From Macrostomum lignano (Eukaryota): 52,157 nt of DNA. Positions 23,940 through 34,250 of this stretch are shown in pieces. Under the pieces are notes generated by a model. That model worked only from the letters and a program-made list of their open reading frames with translations. It had not been told where the DNA came from and did no database searches. The position numbers and the translations under genes are program-made. Within the stretch, counting starts at the first letter, position 1, and each line of letters starts with the position of its first letter. Location of the stretch: contig NIVC01004273.1 in assembly GCA_002269645.1 (NCBI GenBank), positions 1 through 52,157 on the forward strand, given 5' to 3'.

Positions 23940-25405
23940 TCACGCAGTTGGGGAATCGTTGAGCAGGTCATCCTCCTCCTTTTCAGTGGTGGGTGACCCG
24001 CAGACCTCCATGGGAGTTTCAGCGTCCTCAGCAGTTAGGGTGGCTGTGGAGTCCTCCGCGGACGTGAGCCCAGCGTGGACGTTACCGCCGCCTCCCCTGC
24101 GTGCTTCGGTGCTGTCACTGCCCGTCCCCTCTGCCTCGTCGGTCAGGTCGATGCGGGTGGCGCCAGCCTCCTGGTGAGTCACAGACTCGAACCAGTCGGT
24201 CGGAGCCTCCCCGCTTAGAGTCTGGCCTTCTGGCTGTTGGGGTGGAGCGCGAGAAGCGCGGGCCCGCTCACGATGCGCACGAAGGTTTTTGGCCTGGTCC
24301 AGCGCGCGCTGGATCAGGCCGGACCTCCGGGTGCTCCTGGCGGGTTTGCGATTGCGATTTCCGGTTTCAGCAGCGCGAACTGCCTTACCGGGCATAGGAT
24401 CGGCCGTTTGCCTTGGCTTCTTTGCCGGAGGAGCCTGGGCCCCAGTTCCGGTTTCGGAAGCCTTGGCATTCTTGGCTTCATCAGCTTTCCGCTCCTCGCA
24501 ACGGAGGATGGTCAGCTGAGTCAGACCAATATGAATTGTGGACTTAGGCGGCAAGCGCTTAGCCCAGTCATCAGAGAGCCCTAGGATCACCGTAGCCCCC
24601 TTCTCCTTGCGGGAAGTGGCGTGGTGAGGAGCCCGTTGACCTCAAGGTCGGGGTGCAGCTTTAGCAATATTTGCCTAAGCTGATCTCCGGACTTAATGGC
24701 ACTGCCGGCCGGGATCCAGACGCGAAAGCGCTGGGTCTTTTGTCGTTCGCCCTCGCTGGCGAAGACGAGCTTGCCGAGCTTCTTGGGCCAGTTCAGCTTT
24801 GGCAGAAGCTCGCGTAGATTGCGGCTGCTCTCCTCCGAGCTGCACCAGATGAAGATGCAGCCGTCGGTCTTGGCAGACTTGACCACGCTCACAGGGCGGC
24901 CCGCCAGGAGCTGGTCGATGAGCGCAGCATCGATGGTGCGCCAGGCACTGTCGAGCTCGTCGGCCGTGAGGTCCTGCTCTTCCCCGAAGACGATGACCGC
25001 CGGTTGGAGCTTGACCTTTGAGGCGTAGTTGGTGGCGGCGGTTCCCGAAGGCCCAGCCGCGCTTGTAGCAGGTATACTGGGTGGCTCACCAGCGGGGGTT
25101 GTATCCTGGGGGGCAGGGGTTGCTGTGGTTCCTTTCGGCCCAACAGCAGCCTCGCCCTCCCTAGGTTCCCCCTCCGCCGGTGGCCGGCCCGCAGTACCCC
25201 GTAGTCGCCGTCGCCGCTCGTTGCGGCGTTGGTTGCGGGTGCGTCGGGCCTCAGCGGAGGGCCCGGTTGCGCGTGCGGGCATGTCACCGGCCGAGCCGGC
25301 GGCAAGCCTATCTGCCCCCGGTGGGGCGGCGCTGGTGCCAGAGTCACCGGCCGGAGTTGCCGGGGCCCCGGCTTCAGCGGGGTTAAAAGAGGCGGATGAC
25401 GCCAT
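23940..25405 (-). CDS. LINE ORF1 (DUF4780-like central region), one apparent frameshift near 24628
   Basis: ORFs 24587-25405 and 23940-24590 join on restoring 1 nt (…GLL|HHATSRKEKGATVILGL…). The RVWIP…QILLKLHPDL pattern recalls DUF4780 of LOA-type ORF1s (recognised from memory). Confidence 0.75.
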
Positions 25406-27074
25406 AGCTGAAAGCGGGAAGGAGTGAGCTGAGTCACAAAAGAAAGAGGAAAGAAGAAAAAGAAAAGGATCGCTAGCGACCGGACAACCCCCCGGCCTTC
25501 CAGCCCATCGGCACGGTCAAACACCTTAGGCATTAGGGGGTACGTTAAGCAGTACCACGGCCTGCAGGCTGGCAAGCCAGACCCGCATACCCAAGTTCGG
25601 CCGAAGCCACTGGATGGGTCGCCAGCGTCGGAGCCCAGTCTGTCCAGCAGCCCTAGGGTCTGCCTTGAACACACGCGGGGACGAGTACCCTGGGTCGACT
25701 TGTGAAACAGCGTGAGGGGGGGGTCTGCGGCTGCCAGCGGCAAATAGCGGGTGCAGACCTCCCTCTCCAGCCTTGACCTGCTGAAGATAGGGGCAGGCGT
25801 GAAGCATCGCAGACCGTAGCCCATAGGCCTGGTCTGTCTCATACTTCACTGGCGTGCTGAATACACCTTCGCGTGCATGCATCGTATACACGCATAAAAG
25901 CTACAACGTCATAATCCTGATGTACTTGTACGGTGGAGTTGGAGCTGGAGCCGCTAGTAGCCAGGTCTCGCCCTGTACAGCAGGATGCGGTCCCGACCAC
26001 CGCCTGGAACAACAACGCTCGCTCTCTGGCGGTAAGCGCAGACTTGAGAGAAAACAAAAATGCATTTAGTGTGCGTTTGTACAGCTGGGCTGGGGTATGC
26101 AATTTATTATCAATAAGTGGAGTGGGGGCAGCAAACAATGTTTTGCGCGGTACGCGCACAGGCAAACACACTGCTATTAATAGACAAACAGAAACTCTTG
26201 GCCTGCAATAGAGATTAGTTTTAATTTATCAGAAAGGGAACTTGCTACCAATGTACGAGTATGTACATTAGCTTTCGCATACTGTACAAGCTAATATACA
26301 TGTACACAATGTAAAAGTATGTTGCGCTATAAAACAGAAAATATTTGAGACAAATAAAACTGTTTTGTTATTACTGACAACTGTTATTATCTAATGAAGA
26401 CTTAAAAAATCATAATTTCAATTAGCTGCACTACGTCGAATCATATGGTAACAGTTTCAAAATTGGTAATAAGCAATTAACGACAATTAATAAGTTAAAC
26501 AATGCCTTTTACATAAATATGGCCTAAAGAAATCGATATGTATTAACATTTTTACAGATAGGAGCGTGTGTCTTCAATTTTGCTGAGAAAGTACTCAAAA
26601 TAAGTTTGATACATATTCTCTGCATATTCAAAACATGAAAACAATCAAGATTAAAATATTGCTACCCCGGCCATTACCATTTAGTATTAACTATTCATCA
26701 ACATCTTGTGTGTCTGCAAAGATAGCAAAAAGTACAGGAACAAAGTCATAATCTAAAAGTGAGTAGTTTCACGTACTTTTAGAGTTGCAGTTGCAGAACT
26801 AGTGTTTAATTTTCATTTAACTTTATTTATTTCTTTAATAAACAGTTAATTGTTGTAATGTAACTTATCATTTGACTGTTACTTTAGTAGTTGAATCCAA
26901 TCAAATTCATACAAGTATATTAGCTGAGTAAATAATTACTTATTTAATAATTTCGATATTATCTATACAAGATAAGTATAGCTATAAGAAAATACTGCAA
27001 ATATTGCTTCACTTTGTCCATCATCACTTCAATTATGCAAAACAAATTGTTTTCTGCAATTTCAGGCAGCGATA

Positions 27075-28952
27075 ATGAGCAGTGGTAACCAGCCAAACAA
27101 CAATGACGTGCGAATTCAAGGTCTGATCAATCACCTGCAGCACCGAGGCATGCAGCAGAAAGGTGTTCGTATGGCAACATTCAATACAGTCGAACAACAG
27201 CTAGGCAAATCTGCTCAGGATGCAAGTCAAGATCCGACTTTACTAAAGGATTCACGAATTTTCGAGTTGCTGCCAAATCTACTCCAGACTTCGGAACACG
27301 GCTTTTTGAAAAAAAGGATCGAAATTGCAAGCCAGCTGGGGCGAAGAGAACCAAATTTTGCTAACTCTGGGAGTCAAACAGGTAAGAGCAAGGTGCTGCG
27401 GTACAACAACAACAGCACACCTGGTGGCAGAGCGTCATCCGTGCCGCAGACTCTGGACTTCCGCAATCAGCGATGGGACACGAGTGGAATGCCGGCCTCG
27501 ATTCCACAACACCTGTGGGACATGAGACGAGAGGAGAACAGGTGGCAGTCCTTCCACCTGCCAGATGCCAGCTTCACAGCGGCTCACCTGGTGTCAGTGA
27601 CGGATCTGGCTGCTGACGGATTCTTCTACCTGCAGGAGTTGGACAGAGTAAAGTGTGCATTCTGCAAGGGTGTGCTCAAGGACTGGGAGGCGGGCGAGCA
27701 GGTCCGAGAGGCTCACAGACGCCACTTCTCCACCTGTCCGTTCGTTCTGTTCGTCGAAGTCGGCAACGTGCCTCGAGAACACAGAGAGCCGGAAGGAGCC
27801 TCGAGGTCAGCAAAGCTGGTAGAGGCAATGCAGTGCAGTGATCAGACTGCAGATGATGCAACACTGATGGTGAACGGAGACTGGAGCATGAAGCTGGTCG
27901 CTGAGCTACCACCGATGGAGTTCGCTGGACTGAAAGAGTGGGCAACACGCGGAACTCGTGAACCAAATGCTGCTGCTGGTGCAGGACGCGTTGTGGACGA
28001 CGAGCTGATCGCAGTCGACATGATGAAGCGTCCTCAGCTTCCAGTGTCGAGCGAAGTAGCGAGATCTGCGTGCTCCGAGAGAGCGCTCACGAACCTGTCC
28101 GCTCTGCAGCACAGTCTCGAGAGTGATCCATCGAGTGTGACTGCCAAACACGCACAGTTCGAGACCTACCAAGCGAGGTCGCAGTCTCTGCACTCGGCTC
28201 TCGTTCAGCAGCCAGTGTACTTGCTTGCAAAGACGGGCTTCTTCTACTCGGAAGCCGAGAGAGCGACCTGCTGCTTCAGCTGCGGACTCTGCATGAGCGA
28301 GTGGAGCTGCGACGATGATGTGTGGGTTGAGCACGCCAGGTGGTCACCTCGGTGTCCTCACGTGTTGTTGGAGCAAGGCAGCGACTTTGTACAGGCGGTG
28401 CACCGACTGTCGCCTCCCGTGCAGCAACAGACAGCTGCACTCCGTCAAATGAGCACAATTGAACTAAGTAACTTGTATCGCCACCGTCATGCAAACGAGG
28501 CTCTCGCAGTCACTCCTGGAGTCGAGTTCAGAGTCGAGGCCAGAGACATCAAGGCGAGAGCCGACCTGCCCGTTGTGAGACTGCTCACTCAGCTCGGATT
28601 CTCCGCTCTGCAAGTGAGACTGTTCACAGAGCTGCATCTCAGACAGCGAGGCGATGACTTTGCCACATCGGAGCTGTTCCTCGACTTCATGCTCACTGAG
28701 AGCCGCCGCATGCGCAAGCAGTCGCAGGACCCTTATGAGCATTGTCAACGGAAGTTGGACAATTATCATACGCAGCCCAAATTTCGTGAGCAGGTCGACT
28801 GGAAGACGTGCAAGGTGTGCATGGACAAGGAGGTGAACAACATGCTGCTGGACTGTGGTCACGTGGCCTGCTGCTCAGTGTGCGCCAAGTCGCTGAAGAC
28901 GTGCCCCATCTGCAGAGCCTTCATTCGGGGTGTACTTTTTCTGTGGGTCTGA
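27075..28952 (+). CDS. Inhibitor of apoptosis (IAP/BIRC-like) E3 ligase, copy 2: BIR-BIR-(UBA-like)-RING, 625 aa
   Basis: Same two BIR motifs and RING as copy 1, near-identical at nucleotide level over most of the ORF. Acceptor atttcag ends at 27065, 9 nt before the ATG. Candidate upstream donor gcg|gtaagc at 26032. Confidence 0.94.
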   Translation: MSSGNQPNNNDVRIQGLINHLQHRGMQQKGVRMATFNTVEQQLGKSAQDASQDPTLLKDSRIFELLPNLLQTSEHGFLKKRIEIASQLGRREPNFANSGSQTGKSKVLRYNNNSTPGGRASSVPQTLDFRNQRWDTSGMPASIPQHLWDMRREENRWQSFHLPDASFTAAHLVSVTDLAADGFFYLQELDRVKCAFCKGVLKDWEAGEQVREAHRRHFSTCPFVLFVEVGNVPREHREPEGASRSAKLVEAMQCSDQTADDATLMVNGDWSMKLVAELPPMEFAGLKEWATRGTREPNAAAGAGRVVDDELIAVDMMKRPQLPVSSEVARSACSERALTNLSALQHSLESDPSSVTAKHAQFETYQARSQSLHSALVQQPVYLLAKTGFFYSEAERATCCFSCGLCMSEWSCDDDVWVEHARWSPRCPHVLLEQGSDFVQAVHRLSPPVQQQTAALRQMSTIELSNLYRHRHANEALAVTPGVEFRVEARDIKARADLPVVRLLTQLGFSALQVRLFTELHLRQRGDDFATSELFLDFMLTESRRMRKQSQDPYEHCQRKLDNYHTQPKFREQVDWKTCKVCMDKEVNNMLLDCGHVACCSVCAKSLKTCPICRAFIRGVLFLWV

Positions 28953-29113
28953 TGAGACAGTGGCTTTTTGATGATATTCTTTGCTGTACCAATGATGACC
29001 ACTCAGTTGTTTTCTATTTATTATGCAAATGATAGCGACTTGGTTTTGTGTGTCTACACTAAAGCAGCGGTACTAAATATTTTGCTACTTACGTAAAAGG
29101 CGAATAGTAATCA

Positions 29114-29200
29114 GGCGGTGTTGTAGCACAGCGGTTAACGCGTCTGAGTATGATGCTCAGTTACCCCTAAGTAGGTAAGCACCCTTGATTCCTTTCTTGG
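29114..29200 (+). other. Degenerate tRNA-like sequence (pseudo-tRNA or SINE head)
   Basis: A-box-like TAGCACAGCGG. Hairpin CTGAG-TATGATG-CTCAG (7-nt loop, central TGA). Long variable-arm-like stem TTACC…GGTAA. The B box (CCTTGATTCC) and acceptor stem are poor. Confidence 0.3.
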
Positions 29201-30212
29201 TCACATTTGTTTGGGGTTTTAATTATGCGGAAAATAGGCCCCAAGGGGTTTTCCATAAGGATTAGAAAGTGAGGGCAGCTATACACCCGTGTGAGCGTGT
29301 GCATGGGTGCTCAGGTCAGGATTCAGCGAAATCGGCAGAATAGTGGCTGTGAGACAATGTCGCCGAATGCGTTGCGCCAAAATGAATTTTGAACCAAAGT
29401 GAAGCAAGATATTTGAGTATTAATTAGTTCAAGGCATTTCAACTAGAACTAGTCTCAACTAGTCTTGACAAAATGGCTGCTTGGCTCAAATGGATCTAAT
29501 CATGTTTGTGTGAGCAATAATTGTTAATCTGTTGGTTTAATCTGTATTATTGGTTGACAGCTTCGGGTATTCTACTTTGTAATTTAGAAGCGTTTTACGA
29601 GTACTTTTCGTTACTTTTGAATCTACATATTTTATATTTGCATATCGTGTTTTTTGTAAGTCACCGCACCAAGTGCATCTATAGCTTAATACGTACATAC
29701 TCGTACATACTCTGACTTCCGTAACTCAATGCGGTATATCTAGCCTTAGGTCATAAACAATCAATAAAAATAATAAACATCACACATTTCTTTGACAATT
29801 TTGTTTATGAATAGTTCAGTTTTGTGTTTAAATCTGACGAATTAATTTGTTTATTTGATGTTCATACAACTGAATATTAGCGGTCTCCACAAACCTTGAC
29901 AAATCGTGACAGCAAAGAAGTGTTTTAAAGTGCCTAGCGAACTTAATAATTGTAACAGAGAGAAAAGTACAAGAGGTTAGAAAGATTATTACGCAAAGTC
30001 TCGGGTTAACCGACTTGCAGGACAGCACAAAAATGCCATGACTGAATATTTATATACTTTTACACATATAGTAGGAAGGTACTGCAGAAATTATTATGTT
30101 AATATTAAATCAAAGCACATTAAGGCGCTTTGAAGACAGTTTAGGCTCGTAGTTAAATAAACAAATATATGAGCTTTTTTGCATGCAATTATTTAGCTGG
30201 CATTTTCATAGG

Positions 30213-30582
30213 AGGTTGTGTGAACAGTATCACACGGATATATTCACGGGATCATGGGGAGTTGTGTGAACAGCATTACACTGATATATTCACGGGATCA
30301 TGGGGAGTTGTGTGAACAGTATCACAGGGATATATTAACCGGATCATACGGATTTGTGTGAACAATATCACACGGATATATTCACGGGATCATAGAGAGT
30401 TGTGTGAACAGTATCGCACATCTATATTCACGGGATCATGGGGAGTTGTGTGAACAGCATCACACTGATATATTAACGGGATCATGGGGAGTTGTGTGAA
30501 CAGCATCACACTGATATATTAACGGGATCATGGGGAGTTGTGTGAACAGTATCACACATCTACATTCACGGGATCATGGGGA
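30213..30582. repeat. 46-bp minisatellite, 8 copies, just 3' of the p47 stop codon
   Basis: Unit GAGTTGTGTGAACAGTATCACACGGATATATTCACGGGATCATGGG recurs every 46 bp. Confidence 0.95.
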
Positions 30583-30614
30583 TTTTCAAGTCCAGGTCCC
30601 AAGGCAAATGATAA

Positions 30615-33081
30615 TCACTTAATCCTCACAACCACAGCGGCATTCACCAGACCAGCAGCTTCCAGCGTCTGCTCCTCGTTGGCGATCTCGGCAGTGGGGA
30701 AGGTGGTGAGGAACACGAAGGTCCGGTCCGCCAGCTCGGGCCTCTCGGCGGACACGAACCTGCGCAGATCCGCAACCGTGTGCTTGGCCTGGTTCAGGGT
30801 CACGGTCAGCGGCCGGCCGCCGGATGGCAGGCGGACATTCAAGTTGGTGGTGGGCTGGCTGGGGTCCACAGGCACAGCCGCTGCCCCGCCACTGCCTGTG
30901 CCAGCGTCGGCAGCAGCGGCGGTGGGGGCAGCCTGCACTGAAGCGGCTGGCGCGGGGCTTCCAAGCACCTGGCCGGAGCCAGCGAACGCTTTGAACTTGC
31001 TGCTGCCGCTGCTTCCGGCTTGATATTCGGTGTCCCGGTGATCCTCGAGCTGCAGGTCCACGCGTGCGCCGCGTGCCTCGCTGCGCAGCTCGGCAGGCAC
31101 GCGGCCCTGCGCCACCGCCTGCAGCAGCTCCCTGGTGGCCGGCTCCTCGAACGAGCGCAACGGACCGGCGTCGATGGAGACGCCGTTTGACCAGAGCTTC
31201 AGCACTCGACAGACCGGCTGCTGCGGTTGCTGCGGCTGCTGCTGACTGGCAGAGGCTGCGGATAAAGCAGCGGCGGCGGTCTCAGCCGGCTGCTCAGCGT
31301 CCAGTCGGAGGCCGCGGCCGGCGAAAGCGGCGAACCCGCCTGCGGCTCCGTGGCCGGGATCGTCGGCCGAGCCGACTTCAGTGGCGCCGTGACGACGGGC
31401 CGAGGCGAACAGGCTGGTTGCTATGCGACCGGCGTCGGCGCGACGGGAACCCGGAGGGCCGAGCACCTGTGCGGAGCGGGTGAGGATTGGCGGCTCGGTG
31501 CTTGGGTCAGCATGGTGCTTGGGTCAGCATGGTGCTTGGGTCAGCATGGTGCTTGGGTCAGCATGGTGCTTGGGTCAGCACGGTGCTTGGGTCAGCATGG
31601 TGCTTGGGTCAGCATGGTGCTTGGGTCAGCACGGTGCTTGGGTCAGCATGGTGCTTGGGTCAGCATGATGCTTGGGTCAGCACGGTGCTTGGGTCAGCAT
31701 GGTGCTTGGGTCGGCATGGTGCTTGGGTCAGCATGATGCTTGGGTCAGCATGGTGCTTGGGTCAGCATGATGCTTGGGTCAGCACGGTGCTTGGGTCAGC
31801 ATGGTGCTTGGGTCGGCATGGTGCTTGGGTCAGCATGATGCTTGGGTCAGCATGGTGCTTGGGTCAGCATGGTGCTTGGGTCAGCATGATGCTTGGGTCA
31901 GCATGATGCTTGGGTCAGCATGATGCTTGGGTCAGCACGGTGCTTGGGTCAGCATGATGCTTGGGTCAGCACTGTGCTTGGGTCAGCATGGTGCTTGGGT
32001 CGGCATGGTGCTTGGGTCAGCATGATGCTTGGGTCAGGATGGTGCTTGGGTCAGCATGGTGCTTGGGTCAGCACGGTGCTTGGGTCAGCATGGTGCTTGG
32101 GTCGGCATGGTGCTTGGGTCAGCATGATGCTTGGGTCAGCATGGTGCTTGGGTCAGCATGGTGCTTGGGTCGGCATGATGCTTGGGTCGGCATGATGCTT
32201 GGGTCAGCATGGTGCTTGGGTCAGCATGGTGCTTGGGTCAGCATGGTGCTTGGGTCAGCATGGTGCTTGGGTCAGCATGGTGCTTGGGTCAGCATGATGC
32301 TTGGGTCAGCATGGTGCTTGGGTCAGCATGATGCTTGGGTCAGCATGATGCTTGGGTCAGCATAATGCTTGGGTCAGCATGGTGCTTGGGTCAGCATGGT
32401 GCTTAGGTCAACTTTGTGCTCGGTTTGTATTGATGTATGACCACTGACAGATGGGTCAACACCTGGGTCATCGCTACCTGGGTCAACAACTGGGTCATCA
32501 CTAGCTGGGTCGACACCAGGGTCATTGCTAGCTGGGTCAAAACTTGGGTCATCGGTCATTGCTAGCTGGGTCAACACCTGGCTCATCGCTAGCTGGGTCA
32601 ACAGCTGCGTCATCGCTAGCTGGGTCAACACCTGGGTCATCGCTAGCTGGGTCAACACCTGGGTCATCGCTAGCTGGGTCAACACCTGGCTCATTGCTAG
32701 CTGGGTCAACACCTGGCTCATTGCTAGCTGGGTCAACACCTGGGTCATCGCTAGCTGGGTCAACACCTGGCTCATTGCTAGCTGGGCCAACACCTGGCTC
32801 ATTGCTAGCTGGGTCAACACCTGGCTCATTGCTAGCTGGGTCAACACCTGACTCATTGCTAGCTGGGTCAACACCTGGGTCATCGCTAGCTGGGTCAACA
32901 CCTGGCTCATTGCTAGCTGGGTCAACACCTGGGTCATCGCTAGCTGGGTCAACAGCTGGGTCAACAGCTGGGTCCTCGCTAGCTGGGTCAATACCTGCTG
33001 TCCGCCGCCTTTCTCAGAGCCACCAACGTAGAACGCTTGAGCTCCATCATCTTCGTCGCTGTCAGGATCTTCAGCGTCGCT

Positions 33082-33114
<33 letters not shown>

Positions 33115-33417
33115 ACCTTTTCGTGACCTCAGCGCGTCCATGGTGACAAAACGACCGCCACTAGCCGCTGTCTGCTGCCTCTCCTGCGGTCTGGAGGCCG
33201 GGTTCCTCGGATCTTCGGCAGCTCCCACCGCCGTGGCTTTTGCCGAAGTGTTCATCGGCGGCGGCGGCGGCTGACCTTCGGCGGATTCCTCGCCTGCGGC
33301 GAAGAACATCGCAACGGCGGCGTCCAGATCGCCCTGGGCGGCCTCCAAGTAGGCGCGGGCGCGCTCTGCGTCCGCCGATGTCACCGACATGAATGTGGAA
33401 ATCTTCTCGGAGTCCAT
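30615..33417 (-). CDS. NSFL1C: NSFL1 cofactor p47 (UBA-SEP-SHP-UBX adaptor of p97/VCP), 424 aa; exons 33417-32995 and 31466-30615
   Basis: UBA-like N-terminus (F…T.AD.E.A..YLEAA.GDL..AV..FF). FYVGGSEKGGGQQ|VLGPP matches p47. SEP (LKLWSNG…RVPAEL…LEDHR), SHP box (FKAFAGSGQVLGS) and UBX (TT.L.VRL…TFP…TL..AGL.NA). Phase-0 intron CAG|gtattg…gcacag|GTG. Confidence 0.95.
31497..32407. repeat. 17-bp minisatellite (GCTTGGGTCAGCATGGT)n, about 53 copies, inside the p47 intron
   Basis: Directly visible array. Confidence 0.97.
32445..32995. repeat. 27-bp minisatellite (TAGCTGGGTCAACACCTGGGTCATCGC)n starting at the p47 splice donor
   Basis: About 16 good copies plus a degenerate tail. It reads VLTQLAM(T/S)Q in the p47 frame. 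Confidence 0.95.
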
Positions 33418-33476
33418 GGCGTATCAGTGCAAAGCATGCAATGATAATTGGGTTGATCGATTAGTGATTATTTGTC

Positions 33477-34250
33477 ATTCCCTCTGATCCTTCAGCGAGT
33501 GCCGCTTGCTATTCCCCCTGATCCTTCCGCGAGTGCCGCTTGCTATTCCCCCTGATCCTTCAGTGTGTGCTCCTTGCCGTTCCCCCTGATCCTTCAGCGG
33601 GTGCTACTTGCTATTCCCCCTGATCCTTCCGCGAGTGCCGCTTGCTATTCCCCCTGATCCTTCAGCGTGTGCTCCTTGCCGTTCCCCCTGATCCTTCAGC
33701 GTGTGCTCCTTGCTGTTCCCCCTGATCCTTCAGTGGGTGCTACTTGCTATTCCCCCTGATCCGTCAGCCAGTACTGCTAGTCATTCCCCCTGATCCTTCA
33801 GTGGGTGCTACTTGCTATTCCCCCTGATCCGTCAGCCAGTACTGCTTGTCATTCCCCCTGATCCTTCAGTGGGTGCTCCTTGCTGTTCCCCCTGATCCTT
33901 CAGTGGGTGCTACTTGCTATTCCCCCTGATCCGTCAGTGGGTGCTACTTGCTGTTCCCCCTGATCCTTCAGTGGGTGCTACTTGCTATTCCCCCTGATCC
34001 TTCAGTGGGTGCTACTTGCCGTTCCCCCTGATCCTTCAGTGGGTGCTACTTGCTATTCCCCCTGATCCGTCAGCCAGTACTGCTTGTCATTCCCCCTGAT
34101 CCTTCAGTGGGTGCTACTTGCTATTCCCCCTGATCCGTCAGCCAGTACTGCTTGTCATTCCCCCTGATCCTTCAGTGGGTGCTACTTGCTATTCCCCCTG
34201 ATCCGTCAGCCAGTACTGCTTGGTATTCCCCCTGATCCTTCAGTGGGTGC
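33477..34250. repeat. 34-bp minisatellite (TTCCCCCTGATCCTTCAGTGGGTGCTACTTGCTA)n, about 23 copies, beginning ~60 bp upstream of the p47 ATG
   Basis: Directly visible array with 34-bp period. Confidence 0.96.

Larger units (their letters stand above)
20127..25876 (-). mobile_element. Full-length non-LTR retrotransposon, LOA/R1-group-like (ORF1 + APE-RT-RNase H ORF2), 5750 bp
   Basis: 13-bp TSD ATGCATCGTATAC at 20114-20126 and 25877-25889. (TAAG)n 3' tail at 20126-20141. About 470-bp 5' UTR, and two ORFs with diagnostic motifs. Confidence 0.95.

Noticed and set aside
24889-25842. 317-aa ORF upstream of and overlapping LINE ORF1
   Set aside because: Alternative frame across the GC-rich 5' UTR and ORF1 with no recognisable motifs.
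30217-30233. Bacterial CRP/CAP site (TGTGA-N6-TCACA) in the 46-bp repeat
   Set aside because: The match to the consensus is real, but the context is eukaryotic with no bacterial genes, so it is treated as a coincidental palindrome.
32374-33417. 347-aa single-exon p47 with a repeat C-terminus as the main product
   Set aside because: A canonical donor at 32994 and an in-frame acceptor at 31467 restore the conserved GQQ|VLGPP motif and the SEP/UBX domains. Read-through remains possible only as a minor isoform.
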